A stretch of 64,000 nucleotides of DNA from a virus (lineage: Duplodnaviria; Caudoviricetes), in the IMG/VR virus record IMGVR_UViG_3300033171_000001, positions 21,260-85,259 of that record; one strand, given 5' to 3'. Position 1 is the first letter of the stretch. The number at the start of each line of letters is the position of its first letter. Below the pieces are notes generated by a model. It had not been told where the DNA came from. It saw only the letters and a program-made list of their open reading frames with translations, and did no database searches. Below, in pieces: positions 45,333 to 54,929 of this stretch. Made by a program: the position numbers and the translations under genes.

Positions 45333-46619
45333 TTAATTATCCTTAATTTTAGAGACAAACTCCGCAATATACCCATCTTCTGGATGAAACACAATTGCAG
45401 TGGAAGCACGGATTCCTTTTGTATATCCCTTGGAGAAGTGCCAGAAGTCCGTAGAAGACATGGATTCAAGAATACGCACAACCACTCCATTGAACGTATC
45501 ACCTGAAACGTATTTTGTCAACTTCTTTTTGTGATAATGCCCAAGGTGAATTTCATGAAAATCGCACTGGCTCCACATATCCTTAGCTTCCCTAGCCATG
45601 AGTAGCGGCAAGGAATCAAACCTCTCCTCAGAACCATGTGTCAGGCCAATAAGGGTCTTTTCATATTTATAATACTTACGAAGCATAGGGGAATTATCAA
45701 TATGAATGTTCTCATTGTTTCTATAATAAGCATTTAGAAATTCACCTAGATAAAAACACGAAGCGCGATCATGGTTGCCTGGAACAACAATAACATCCAC
45801 TTCAGCAACCTTTGAACACATATCAATAACTTCAATGAGGGTTTCGCTCACTACACGAAAAACCTTAGTCCACCGGCTGTCCCCGTCTTGCGGCGTCCCT
45901 GCGGTGGTCATGTTTCCTGCACCATCGGCGTTGAAAAGATCATTACCAATAGGCATCATAATCCGTTCAATGTTTAGATAGCATGTCTTGTTAAGCAAAT
46001 CCTTTACTGCGCCAATATATCTTTCCTTGGCAATCTTAATGTCATAGGATTCCCCGGTTTCCATTGCCCAGGCCAGCTTCCCGAAGTGACTATCGAGTAT
46101 AGCCAATTCCAGCAACATGCCGCCGCTAATTGGAGTCCTGGTGAACTTAGGGACGACAGGGGATTTAGCAGCCATCAACTCATAATGTGCCTTGATAGAA
46201 TTAAATGTTAGATCAGGAATAACTTTCTTGAACAGAACCTTTCTTTGTGTATTAGTTGCATGTTCAACTTCTCCATCTTCATTCTTGAAAGGGGTTGTCC
46301 ATTCATTATGAGAAATAGACTCTACCTTCCATTGCGTCTTATCTAATCCGTATTGTTCATAGATTGCGTCAAGGGTGTCCTCACTGTTCACACCTACACA
46401 AAAAGAATCACCTGTCGTATCTCTGGAAATGTCTCTGTTGGAATTATTCGTATTCTTGTTATCGGAATTGGTTTCTCCGTTCTGCTCCATATAAGTTGAC
46501 AGATAACGTCTAACTGTGGTTCTCGGGATTCCCAACGCTCTAGCCACGCCAGCCTGAGTTCCAATTTCTTTGTATTTTTCATGTATTTTCTTTAATAGCT
46601 TAGTATCCATCAACAACAT
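45333..46619 (-). CDS. HTH plus calcineurin-like metallophosphoesterase
   Basis: N-terminal HTH (TQAGVARALGIPRTTVRRYL); DSHFG, GNDLF, PGNHD, THG, GHYH. Confidence 0.8.
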   Translation of the reverse strand: MLLMDTKLLKKIHEKYKEIGTQAGVARALGIPRTTVRRYLSTYMEQNGETNSDNKNTNNSNRDISRDTTGDSFCVGVNSEDTLDAIYEQYGLDKTQWKVESISHNEWTTPFKNEDGEVEHATNTQRKVLFKKVIPDLTFNSIKAHYELMAAKSPVVPKFTRTPISGGMLLELAILDSHFGKLAWAMETGESYDIKIAKERYIGAVKDLLNKTCYLNIERIMMPIGNDLFNADGAGNMTTAGTPQDGDSRWTKVFRVVSETLIEVIDMCSKVAEVDVIVVPGNHDRASCFYLGEFLNAYYRNNENIHIDNSPMLRKYYKYEKTLIGLTHGSEERFDSLPLLMAREAKDMWSQCDFHEIHLGHYHKKKLTKYVSGDTFNGVVVRILESMSSTDFWHFSKGYTKGIRASTAIVFHPEDGYIAEFVSKIKDN

Positions 46620-47809
46620 CCTTCTTCAAAAGGTTTTTCACAGAGTGGACAAATCTTCAATTCATCCTTGATTTGCTTCTCTTTCGCTCGATGTTTATCA
46701 ATTACTGCCATGATCTTATTAGCCGCCTCATTAAGCTCTCGCTCCTTCCTGAGTGTACTATCCAACCAATTGATTTGCTCCTGCCTTTCCTTGAACTCAT
46801 CTATTTGTTCTCCTAGTGTTTTATAAAGAGGAGCGCAGGATAGGTATGTTTCTGTATTGCTGAACGCATTATTTACTCGTTCATGTTCAGATAGCAGTCT
46901 TGAAAGATTAAATTCATTCTCCCCAATCATATTATAGTCCTTAATAAGTTGTTTGATTTGTTTAATACCATCTTGACAATCTGGAATAGGTAATTCCTTC
47001 ATGGCATCCCTGTTTTTTATAAACCCATCAATAATAGATTCTATATCTCGACTATATCTGTTTATCTCAATATAGTCATTTATTGATTTCTTGATCTTAT
47101 CAACAATAGAAGAATCAATATAAAACAACTTATTTAACTGTTCATCAATATCATTAACTCTAGTGATGGTTGACTGCACTTTTTCAAGAATAATAATTGT
47201 GGATTCAAGGGAGGTATTTGCTTCCTCGGCTTTGTTGTAAAGAGTTTCGGCCTTCTCTACCCAAGAATAATTATCAATATCTCTTTTCTTCTCTTTGATT
47301 GCTTCTTCTTTGTCAACACACTCATTTCTGTTCTTGTTGACAATTTGCCCGCTCTTGGAAAGGGCTTCATCAATAATGCTCAAACCAACCTGTTCATTTA
47401 GAGTCCTAGCCACCTCTCCTGCGGATTCCTGAAGAAGATAGAACTGATTGAACTGAGTCTGTATATTGATGCTAGAAACGTCTGTGAGAGCCGCGACAAT
47501 CTCTGGAACACCTGCCCCAAGGGCAGTGAGAATTTCCCCGTTACAATCGTATTGGTTGATCTTGTTGTCTCTCTTTCTTTCCAGATAAGAGTCATCATCG
47601 AAAACAACCTTGACAATGGTTGCTCCCCTAGAACCGTGTTTTCTAAAAGAGAATCCTTGAGGCTGATTAAAAAGACACCAATTGAGTGCCTTGATAATCG
47701 AACTCTTGCCGTTGTTTGAAGCACCGCTGATAACATTCAACCCCTTGTCCAGTTCAAGGAAGGTCTTCGTGTGGGCTTCAAAATTTTGAATGAAAATTGA
47801 TTTAATCAT
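46610..47809 (-). CDS. sbcC: SbcC/Rad50-like ATPase, N-terminal half with zinc hook
   Basis: NFEAH, GASNNGKSS Walker A, QTQ Q-loop, coiled coil, C-terminal CPLC. Confidence 0.85.
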   Translation of the reverse strand: MIKSIFIQNFEAHTKTFLELDKGLNVISGASNNGKSSIIKALNWCLFNQPQGFSFRKHGSRGATIVKVVFDDDSYLERKRDNKINQYDCNGEILTALGAGVPEIVAALTDVSSINIQTQFNQFYLLQESAGEVARTLNEQVGLSIIDEALSKSGQIVNKNRNECVDKEEAIKEKKRDIDNYSWVEKAETLYNKAEEANTSLESTIIILEKVQSTITRVNDIDEQLNKLFYIDSSIVDKIKKSINDYIEINRYSRDIESIIDGFIKNRDAMKELPIPDCQDGIKQIKQLIKDYNMIGENEFNLSRLLSEHERVNNAFSNTETYLSCAPLYKTLGEQIDEFKERQEQINWLDSTLRKERELNEAANKIMAVIDKHRAKEKQIKDELKICPLCEKPFEEGCC

Positions 47810-48023
47810 CTTCCAAAGGAGCCTCTATTTTATTGAGAACATTAAGGGCGTTTTCTTTAGTGGGAGGAATAGAATCAATCTCCTTGATGATGTTTTGTGA
47901 AGAAGCAGGATTTTTATTTACAAGAAGGTTTAGTTTAGTTACACACTTATCTGCAAAATCATTATATTCCTGCTCACTATCCCAACCGAACTCTTTTATA
48001 TCCTGCATTAGTTCTCCACACAT
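47802..48023 (-). CDS. Hypothetical protein
   Basis: Overlapping ORF in the operon. Confidence 0.5.
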   Translation of the reverse strand: MCGELMQDIKEFGWDSEQEYNDFADKCVTKLNLLVNKNPASSQNIIKEIDSIPPTKENALNVLNKIEAPLEDD

Positions 48024-48379
48024 TCACGAATATAGTTAATGACTTGTTCAGCCTTATAAGATTCTGGACCAAACGTATCTCGAATATACCCTTCTTTCTT
48101 GATAACAATTACATTGGTGCTACCACAGGGGAAAAAGGCAACGACAACTCCTTCATTATAGACAACAAACACCCTATCATCTTCAACTTCAGATTTTTCA
48201 TCCTTATCAACCGTCTTTACCTGCATATCTCCATAAAAACCAGTAAGCCAGCAAAGAATAACCTCTTGGGTAGTTGAGAGTTTAATGGTGGGAAGAAGAG
48301 AACGCTCCGCCGCCGCTTCAACTCTTGCCTGTGCCTCCGGGGACATTTTTTCTCGTAATTCATCAAACTTTTTAGTCAT
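48008..48379 (-). CDS. Hypothetical protein with an antitoxin-like N-terminal segment
   Basis: MTKKFDELREKMSPEAQARVEAAA; no HTH follows. Confidence 0.5.
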   Translation of the reverse strand: MTKKFDELREKMSPEAQARVEAAAERSLLPTIKLSTTQEVILCWLTGFYGDMQVKTVDKDEKSEVEDDRVFVVYNEGVVVAFFPCGSTNVIVIKKEGYIRDTFGPESYKAEQVINYIRECVEN

Positions 48380-48390
48380 ATTTTCCTCTT

Positions 48391-48579
48391 TTACTTAGTA
48401 TTAAACAACACAAAGAGTAAATCAATTATTTTCCAAACAGCAAACGGAAAGCTGATTATACTTACCCAAAATAAAAAAATTTCCACTTTGTATAAACCGC
48501 CCATAGCCATCCCAACGCCCCTCATAATTCTTCTCCTAATAAATAAATGAAATGATTCTAGGGTGAAGCAGAGAACCAT
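48391..48579 (-). CDS. Small membrane protein
   Basis: Hydrophobic C-terminal half. Confidence 0.45.
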   Translation of the reverse strand: MVLCFTLESFHLFIRRRIMRGVGMAMGGLYKVEIFLFWVSIISFPFAVWKIIDLLFVLFNTK

Positions 48580-49765
48580 CTGCGTTTAATGTATCGTTAT
48601 AAATCAATCCGAGCTTCTTTGGAGGCTTCTTCAGATACTTTCGTCTATCTTTCTGCAACCATTTTCCCTTTGCCAATTTTGATATTCTAAATTCCCGTCC
48701 TTCATGTTCGCATTTAAAATAAATTAATTTCCCCCTTTCTTTTGGATCAAGAGATTCTTTCACAAATAAAACAGGAACCTCAACATAATTAAATCTTCTT
48801 ATCTCACAAAATTCCCTGGAGGCTTCACAAACATAGTGACTACTTCTTTGCTTCAGCGTAAACCCAGATTGCTCCTCTGTTTCCTGCTCCATGAACAACT
48901 TCACCATATCGGATTCTGATTCAATTGTCAAGGGTTTTGAGAATTTAACGTGATCTGTTTCTTCAATTTCTGAAAGAATCTGTAATCTCTCCTGCACTTT
49001 AAAATTCAAAGATGGTATATCTGAAACAAAGTATTCTCCATTTTCCGTAACAACCCCGTCCAATTCAACAATAGCTTTTGGATTTGAATATTTTAAATAA
49101 TCCCTTATTCGTGAGCAGTAAGCATCAACTTCATTATACAAGGGGTGTTCATTTATTCTCACCAATCTATCTGCCGTATTACGATGATAAAACCCATCTC
49201 TGTACTTATATCGATCACCTACCATTCTAGGTTGAATATAGGACTGCTTCCAGCCATTAGAACGTCTTAGATACACAATAAGATTTGTATCAATAAAGTT
49301 TTCTTCCGGCCAACATCTAACTACATAACCAGGAATCATTAATTGATGCGTGAATGAGGTTTGCGTCAATTCATTTACAAAAGGTGCGCCTATACTGCAC
49401 TTCAACTTCTTTGTTATGATTCTGTTAACAACATCAACTGTCTCCTTACTAGAAGAAGCAAGGGCGGTTAATGTTTCTCTGTGGTTCTTTGGAATTGTGT
49501 CATAGTCCGTCAATAAATAAAGAAAATCAAACAACTCAACATGATCACTACACGAGGCGGGATTTGGGATATATTCAATAGGCGCAACATGAAAAACCAA
49601 TGATGGATTTGTTGCATAGGTCAACGTCATATAAAATGGTCTTCCTATTGACTCAAGAAATCTCTCTGCCAATGCCATTTTCTTTTTATGAGTTGTTGCG
49701 TGAGACAACTCTTGAAGGGCATTATAGACGGCGAGTAAAGTCATTCTCGAAATCTCCTTTAGCAT
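48536..49765 (-). CDS. ATP-dependent DNA ligase homologue with degenerate active site
   Basis: T4-ligase-like N-domain (IITKKLKCSIG), ELDG motif III and OB-fold tail, but motif I reads IQPRMVGDR (no KxDG). Confidence 0.6.
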   Translation of the reverse strand: MLKEISRMTLLAVYNALQELSHATTHKKKMALAERFLESIGRPFYMTLTYATNPSLVFHVAPIEYIPNPASCSDHVELFDFLYLLTDYDTIPKNHRETLTALASSSKETVDVVNRIITKKLKCSIGAPFVNELTQTSFTHQLMIPGYVVRCWPEENFIDTNLIVYLRRSNGWKQSYIQPRMVGDRYKYRDGFYHRNTADRLVRINEHPLYNEVDAYCSRIRDYLKYSNPKAIVELDGVVTENGEYFVSDIPSLNFKVQERLQILSEIEETDHVKFSKPLTIESESDMVKLFMEQETEEQSGFTLKQRSSHYVCEASREFCEIRRFNYVEVPVLFVKESLDPKERGKLIYFKCEHEGREFRISKLAKGKWLQKDRRKYLKKPPKKLGLIYNDTLNADGSLLHPRIISFIY

Positions 49766-50027
49766 AACGCATAACTAGGGACACACAACTAGGGTTATTA
49801 CTAAATTTACATAAATCACCGGAATATTTACAAATACTAATATAATCCTTTCCAAGCTCATCCCATTTAACAAATTTAAAAACACAGGCATGCTCAAATT
49901 TTCGAATAATCTCTTTAAGCTGCTGCCTTTCTTTCGTTAGAGTCTGGCAATCCTGATACATAGAAGGAGTAGAGAGTGAACACCTGTCACATGTTTTATC
50001 GTTGTTGAATTTCCCAAGGCAGGACAT
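49722..50027 (-). CDS. Cys-rich hypothetical protein
   Basis: ORF with 8 Cys. Confidence 0.5.
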   Translation of the reverse strand: MSCLGKFNNDKTCDRCSLSTPSMYQDCQTLTKERQQLKEIIRKFEHACVFKFVKWDELGKDYISICKYSGDLCKFSNNPSCVSLVMRYAKGDFENDFTRRL

Positions 50028-50035
50028 ATTGACTC

Positions 50036-50230
50036 CTAATAATAAACGTGAGTAGAAACTTCATTGCTGATATTAATCACAAGTTCCTTTGCTTTAAGAG
50101 AGAGGCTAGACCAATTGCTAGTAGGATTCTGAACAAAGTCTAGCAACGACATGAAGGTTTCAAACTCTTCAGCGGTTTCAAAAGTAATAGTAACGGGATT
50201 GAAACTAAGATCGTCCTGATAAATTTTCAT
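50036..50230 (-). CDS. Hypothetical protein
   Basis: ORF with GGAG SD. Confidence 0.55.
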   Translation of the reverse strand: MKIYQDDLSFNPVTITFETAEEFETFMSLLDFVQNPTSNWSSLSLKAKELVINISNEVSTHVYY

Positions 50231-50239
50231 TTAGTTCTC

Positions 50240-50602
50240 CTAAACACGTACAATTCGTACTTTAAGATTATTTTTATTAGCTAAATCAATCATGTTATGC
50301 GTACCCTTACTTTTACCGTCCCAAAAAGCAACTAAGTGGGTAGCGTACTGCGCCATTTCTGAATTTCGCCTATACCCCGCCGATTTTCCGTATTTATCCC
50401 AATCCGCTGGAAATATTTTTAATTTTAGACCACGCTCCTTAGCATAGCACTCTCCTAAATAATCGGCTCCTCTAGCACCTCCTGAGACTATACTTACATC
50501 TTCATTATTTAAATAAAACAAACGAAATATTTTATCTAATTTTTCTTTAGCAAGGGTGTAATCTGTAAAATCCCTAGACCCCGCAATAATAACGGATACC
50601 AT
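50240..50602 (-). CDS. SLOG/YspA-like protein (DUF2493-like)
   Basis: IAGSRDF, VSGGARGAD, PADW..YGKSAG.RRN..M, AFWDGKSKGT. Confidence 0.85.
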   Translation of the reverse strand: MVSVIIAGSRDFTDYTLAKEKLDKIFRLFYLNNEDVSIVSGGARGADYLGECYAKERGLKLKIFPADWDKYGKSAGYRRNSEMAQYATHLVAFWDGKSKGTHNMIDLANKNNLKVRIVRV

Positions 50603-51253
50603 TTACTTCTCCAACTTAAGGTTGTTGTTTTTAATTATCTTTTCCCTGAGTTCCATTTCATACTTATTTGATGGTGAATTATTAACAACCATCATCGCAA
50701 TAGAACCAATAACAAAAGCGTCACAATCATCAGAAGAATACCAAAATTCAGGACCATATCCCCATCTTTTGTGAACGCCCGCCATAACTTCTTTCTTAGT
50801 TGCATTACCGCTTCCTGTAGCTACTTTTTTAACGCTCACCGGGGCAACAGTTATTAAATTTGAAAAGTCAATAAAGTGTTCTTTCCAGAGCCTATATAAA
50901 CATACCCCCGACTGCTCAGCAAGCCTAGATAGACTGGAACCACCAAAAGCATAGGACTCCTTGCAAATCCATTTAATATCTTCCCTGTATGGTTCCGTAT
51001 ATTTAAGAATGTTTTCGGATACGAAGTGAAATTTCTCAGTGTCATTATAGAAAATTCTGTAGTCCTCTTCTTTAACCCCTACATTATACATTCCTTTATA
51101 TTTCTTTTTTGTAGCCTTCTTTAGAGGAATGACATGGTGTTCAAGAAGTTTCTCATTATCAACATCAAATATACACAGGCCGGTACAGGCGATGGATAGG
51201 TCTAGTGCGAGTAGGATTCCTTTATTGTTATTCATAGCGTTTTTTCCTAACAA
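50603..51253 (-). CDS. RuvC-like Holliday junction resolvase
   Basis: LALDLS..TG, KESY, VKK.ATG.GNA.K, DD.DA. Confidence 0.8.
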   Translation of the reverse strand: MLGKNAMNNNKGILLALDLSIACTGLCIFDVDNEKLLEHHVIPLKKATKKKYKGMYNVGVKEEDYRIFYNDTEKFHFVSENILKYTEPYREDIKWICKESYAFGGSSLSRLAEQSGVCLYRLWKEHFIDFSNLITVAPVSVKKVATGSGNATKKEVMAGVHKRWGYGPEFWYSSDDCDAFVIGSIAMMVVNNSPSNKYEMELREKIIKNNNLKLEK

Positions 51254-52301
51254 CTTTATTATCCATCTTATTTACCATGTCATTCCACGCCACCTCTACC
51301 ATTTTAGCAAAATCTGACTCCTTGTTGTTTTCCTCAATAAATGTGATCAAAGAGTCCTTGGTCCCCTTAAAGCCCCATTCTTGAATGACATAAGAACGCT
51401 TCTCTTTTTGAATAGCGTCTATTGAATCCAGAAAATCGATGCTCGATACAACATCATCAATGCCATATTCAGGACGCACAAACAATTTCAGTTTGCTGCT
51501 ACGACCATTAATTCTATTTTTCGCAATATCAAAATTCACCCAATGACCATTCCGAATAACAACATTACCGAACTTTTCTTTCTCCGTTGCGCCTTTGTCC
51601 AACCAAAACATGACGTGAGTATAATAGTCAAGGGCAGTGCCCCCTGCTCTTCGTCTTTTATCCTCAAACATGGTTGCGTTCATCTTATCTTTAGTTTGGC
51701 TTAGATTAATGATGATTGACCCGGTTTTAGCAATATCGGATACCATATTTCGGCATAACTCATGCCCAAATGCGGCCCTACGAGGAAAATCTTGGTATTT
51801 AAATTCTTTATCTGAATTATAAGCATCTTGAATATCTTTACGCCTAGTACGATCAGCCGCACACATTAATCCGTCATAAGAATCAATTACATAGATGAAT
51901 TTTTTACCCTTATCAGTCATCTCCGTTAGTTTTGTGAAAAATCCTTCCATGGAATTGTCTATGGTTTTTATGATTCGTTTGTCTAACTTTTTACCGAAAT
52001 ATTTTACTACGTCGAACAGCGATCCATTCTCCGTGTCCTGCATATGAAGTTCATATTCATCGAAGTTAGGGTTACTTGCCGCCTCTGCAAGCATAGACAT
52101 GGCTAGTAAAGACTTACCAGCATGACTATATCCCGCAGGATTAACAATCATCCCTGGTTTAATTCCACCATCCGCTTTACCGGACAACGCAACATTTAAT
52201 AGCGTACAACTAGTGGATAGGTAAAATCCGTGATCCTTTTCACATTCCTCTTCTTGATTTAACACTTCTGCTACTTCTTCTTTAATTGTTTTTTTTGCCA
52301 T
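51228..52301 (-). CDS. recA: RecA/UvsX-like recombinase
   Basis: LNVALSG, G..HAGKS Walker A, DTE, VIDS, SQ.K, AGGTAL.Y, KNRING, GIDD. Confidence 0.88.
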   Translation of the reverse strand: MAKKTIKEEVAEVLNQEEECEKDHGFYLSTSCTLLNVALSGKADGGIKPGMIVNPAGYSHAGKSLLAMSMLAEAASNPNFDEYELHMQDTENGSLFDVVKYFGKKLDKRIIKTIDNSMEGFFTKLTEMTDKGKKFIYVIDSYDGLMCAADRTRRKDIQDAYNSDKEFKYQDFPRRAAFGHELCRNMVSDIAKTGSIIINLSQTKDKMNATMFEDKRRRAGGTALDYYTHVMFWLDKGATEKEKFGNVVIRNGHWVNFDIAKNRINGRSSKLKLFVRPEYGIDDVVSSIDFLDSIDAIQKEKRSYVIQEWGFKGTKDSLITFIEENNKESDFAKMVEVAWNDMVNKMDNKVVRKKRYE

Positions 52302-52315
52302 ACCTAAGTTTCCTC

Positions 52316-53196
52316 TTAATCTTTGTTTTCATCTTTATCTTCGTTGTTGCTTTTACCGACTCTACTTAACTCTGCGTAAGTTATTCCTTCTTGTGTTAGG
52401 TGGAGGTTGATGTGACACTCTTTACATACACAAATTCCATTTTCAATATCTACTTGTTCCATTGGACTACATACAACAGGAGTTATATGGTGTGCTTGTA
52501 GGTGCTTCTTGTCAAAGGATTCACTGCATACTTGACAGGTGTAGTTGTCACGTTCAAGGATCATAGCTCTAAATTCTGGTTGGTACTCTCTGTTTGAAGG
52601 TTTTTTGAATCCCTTGGGGTATTTACTTTTTTATAGACAGAACAGGATTCTTTGCAAGCATTGGAACAGTAGAGTCTGTTTTCTCTTTTATTTTCTTTTA
52701 ACGCCTTTATTCTATTTTGTACTTGTTGATTAGTAGGAGTAAAATACTCTCTGCAAGTAGCACATCTTACTTCTAAATAACCATCTACTGTTTCTCTAGG
52801 AGATTCAAAAGGTGTTAGTTGGTCTTTATATATTTCGTATTTAGCGGGCGAAGTTTTATATTGTTTTTGATATTCTGCTATAACATCACGATTATCTTCG
52901 CGATACTGTCTTTGATATTCTAATTTAGCATCACGATTTTCTTCGTAATATCGTCTTTGTTGTTCTAATTTAACATCACGATTTTCTTCGTAATACTGTC
53001 TTTGATATTCTGTTATAACATCACAATTTTCTTCACGATATTTCTTACTATTCTGCTTAGCACACATTTTACATTTATTCTGCTTCCCTCTTGTTCCACT
53101 CTTACTATTACTAAACTCACTCCACACCTTAAATTCACCGCACTTAATACAAGTACGTCCCTCCTCGTTTATTATACCTTTAGCTTTGCGTCCCAT
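52316..53196 (-). pseudogene. HNH endonuclease, copy 3, split by a single-base frameshift
   Basis: ORFs 52561-53196 and 52316-52564 join into one paralogue by a -1 shift at the A6 run (T6 at 52627-52632 on +); 4 repeats at 52861-53040. Confidence 0.85.
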
Positions 53197-53204
53197 AACA
53201 AACT

Positions 53205-53420
53205 TTAAGTATTATTTTTAAATATACTGATATGAAAGTTGTAGTCCACCGTCTCCGCATCCCCAACATCTGTTCCAAAGGTTATTACTCCGGTTTTGAA
53301 GGAAAGGTACACATAAGGCACAATATCTCCTACCATAAAAGAACCAATTGGCTCTTCCAAAGTAACGTTATAAAAAAACACCCCGTCTTTCTCGGCTTCC
53401 ATCTTTGTATAACTAAACAT
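53205..53420 (-). CDS. Hypothetical protein
   Basis: ORF with GGGGAG SD. Confidence 0.55.
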   Translation of the reverse strand: MFSYTKMEAEKDGVFFYNVTLEEPIGSFMVGDIVPYVYLSFKTGVITFGTDVGDAETVDYNFHISIFKNNT

Positions 53421-53471
53421 AGCTCCCCTAAAGCCCCCTCCACCATTCTTAGTAGAGAGGGCTGTTAACCA

Positions 53472-54623
53472 CTACTTATTCAGTGCAAACTCAAGCACAG
53501 CGACCTTAAAATCTTCCAGGCTATCGAACTCATCGGCAAATACATCGATCTCATTTTCTTCGCAGTATGCATCAACATCTTCCATCGTGGCCAGGGCGTT
53601 AATCTTCTGTACCACAGGATTTTCATCGCCTTTGGAAGCACGGGACCGAGAACGGGAGGGCTTTTCAACCGTCTTCTCTTCCTTCTCTTCCTTCTTCTCT
53701 ACCTCAAAAGGAACAGAATCGTCATCATCTTCTTCAGGACGCATACGCTTACCAAATGCGTCATCAAGCTGCTCATCCGTGGATTCCTTGCTGGCAGGGG
53801 TAGTCACCATAGAACCTTCCATCATTTCCTTAATCTCGTCATAAGAAGCGATATTGAATACCCACTTACCAAGAGGCTTCACCATTTCAAGTTCTTCATC
53901 AGAAACTTGATATGCTTCCATTGTGCCATCTTCAAGAGGAAGTTCCCGGTCAAGAAGTCCCACGATCTTGAAATCAGGAGCAGACTGCTGTCCCTTCTTA
54001 CGTGCCTCTTCATCCACAATCCACTCATAGTTAATAATACGCCCATCGTCAGCGTCCATATAGAAGATCGGCTCTCCACGACGATCCTTTGCGTAGGCAT
54101 CAATGTTCTCTTCAATATAGAACGTAGCCATGTCGAAGTATTGAACACCCTTGTCAGAGGATTCCTTATCCTTCCTATCCACAACAGAATAAAGCGCACG
54201 AGCCTTCGGCTGAAGCGGCTTTACCACGTTGGTATAATATTCCTTGTTCTCCTTGCTACCCTTTTCACCAGGGAAGTTGAACCGAACCTCATCATAGGCA
54301 TCACAAATAGGGCACCTTTCACCAAAACACCTCGGGCAAACAATAGTCTCCCGGTTAGGTCCGACATTCACATGCTGTTTATAAATCAGTCGCCAATTGG
54401 GTTCCCCCTTCCGAAGATTAGCAAAATTCTCCTCCGACATAAACGGAATCATGTCGATGAAGTTCTGCCCATTACGATTCATATACATAGGTAGTACAGC
54501 AAACTCTTCACTCCACTTATTACGCTTTGCTCCCGCTTGATCAGAAGCCGCCGCCTCAACCGCAGCCTTGTCTTTCTCAGGGTCAAAACCAGCAAACATA
54601 TTCCGACGATTAATCCTACTCAT
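53472..54623 (-). CDS. Single-stranded DNA-binding protein (gp32-like)
   Basis: HVNVG..CPRC..RCPIC Zn motif, aromatic OB core, long acidic C-terminus. Confidence 0.7.
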   Translation of the reverse strand: MSRINRRNMFAGFDPEKDKAAVEAAASDQAGAKRNKWSEEFAVLPMYMNRNGQNFIDMIPFMSEENFANLRKGEPNWRLIYKQHVNVGPNRETIVCPRCFGERCPICDAYDEVRFNFPGEKGSKENKEYYTNVVKPLQPKARALYSVVDRKDKESSDKGVQYFDMATFYIEENIDAYAKDRRGEPIFYMDADDGRIINYEWIVDEEARKKGQQSAPDFKIVGLLDRELPLEDGTMEAYQVSDEELEMVKPLGKWVFNIASYDEIKEMMEGSMVTTPASKESTDEQLDDAFGKRMRPEEDDDDSVPFEVEKKEEKEEKTVEKPSRSRSRASKGDENPVVQKINALATMEDVDAYCEENEIDVFADEFDSLEDFKVAVLEFALNK

Positions 54624-54641
54624 AATTCTAATTCTCCCTTT

Positions 54642-54929
54642 CTATTCTTTTTCTGCAACACTGTTTAACATATCAAAATACTGTTCCACATAACCAACTG
54701 TAGGAAACCAAAAATCACAATTCAAACAATCATTACACGGCACTTCTCCTGAATCCCTGTTACGTTTAGTGTTCTTATATTCATTCACACAACCATCACA
54801 AGTGGCATCCAAATTAATGGCCTTATTAGCAAACACAGGAAGCAAGGAACCGTAGTTATAAGGATCGTCCTCTTGCGCTATGATTGATAGAAATGTCTCA
54901 TAAAACTCAATTTTCTCTAAATCAGTCAT
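54642..54929 (-). CDS. Hypothetical Cys-rich protein
   Basis: CDGC..CNDC..C; start assigned at MTDLEK. Confidence 0.5.
   Translation of the reverse strand: MTDLEKIEFYETFLSIIAQEDDPYNYGSLLPVFANKAINLDATCDGCVNEYKNTKRNRDSGEVPCNDCLNCDFWFPTVGYVEQYFDMLNSVAEKE

Noticed and set aside
53430-53465. Imperfect hairpin after the SSB gene as a member of the GGGGAT/ATCCCC family
   Set aside because: The stem is imperfect, has a longer loop and lacks the shared core; probably an ordinary mRNA-stabilising stem.
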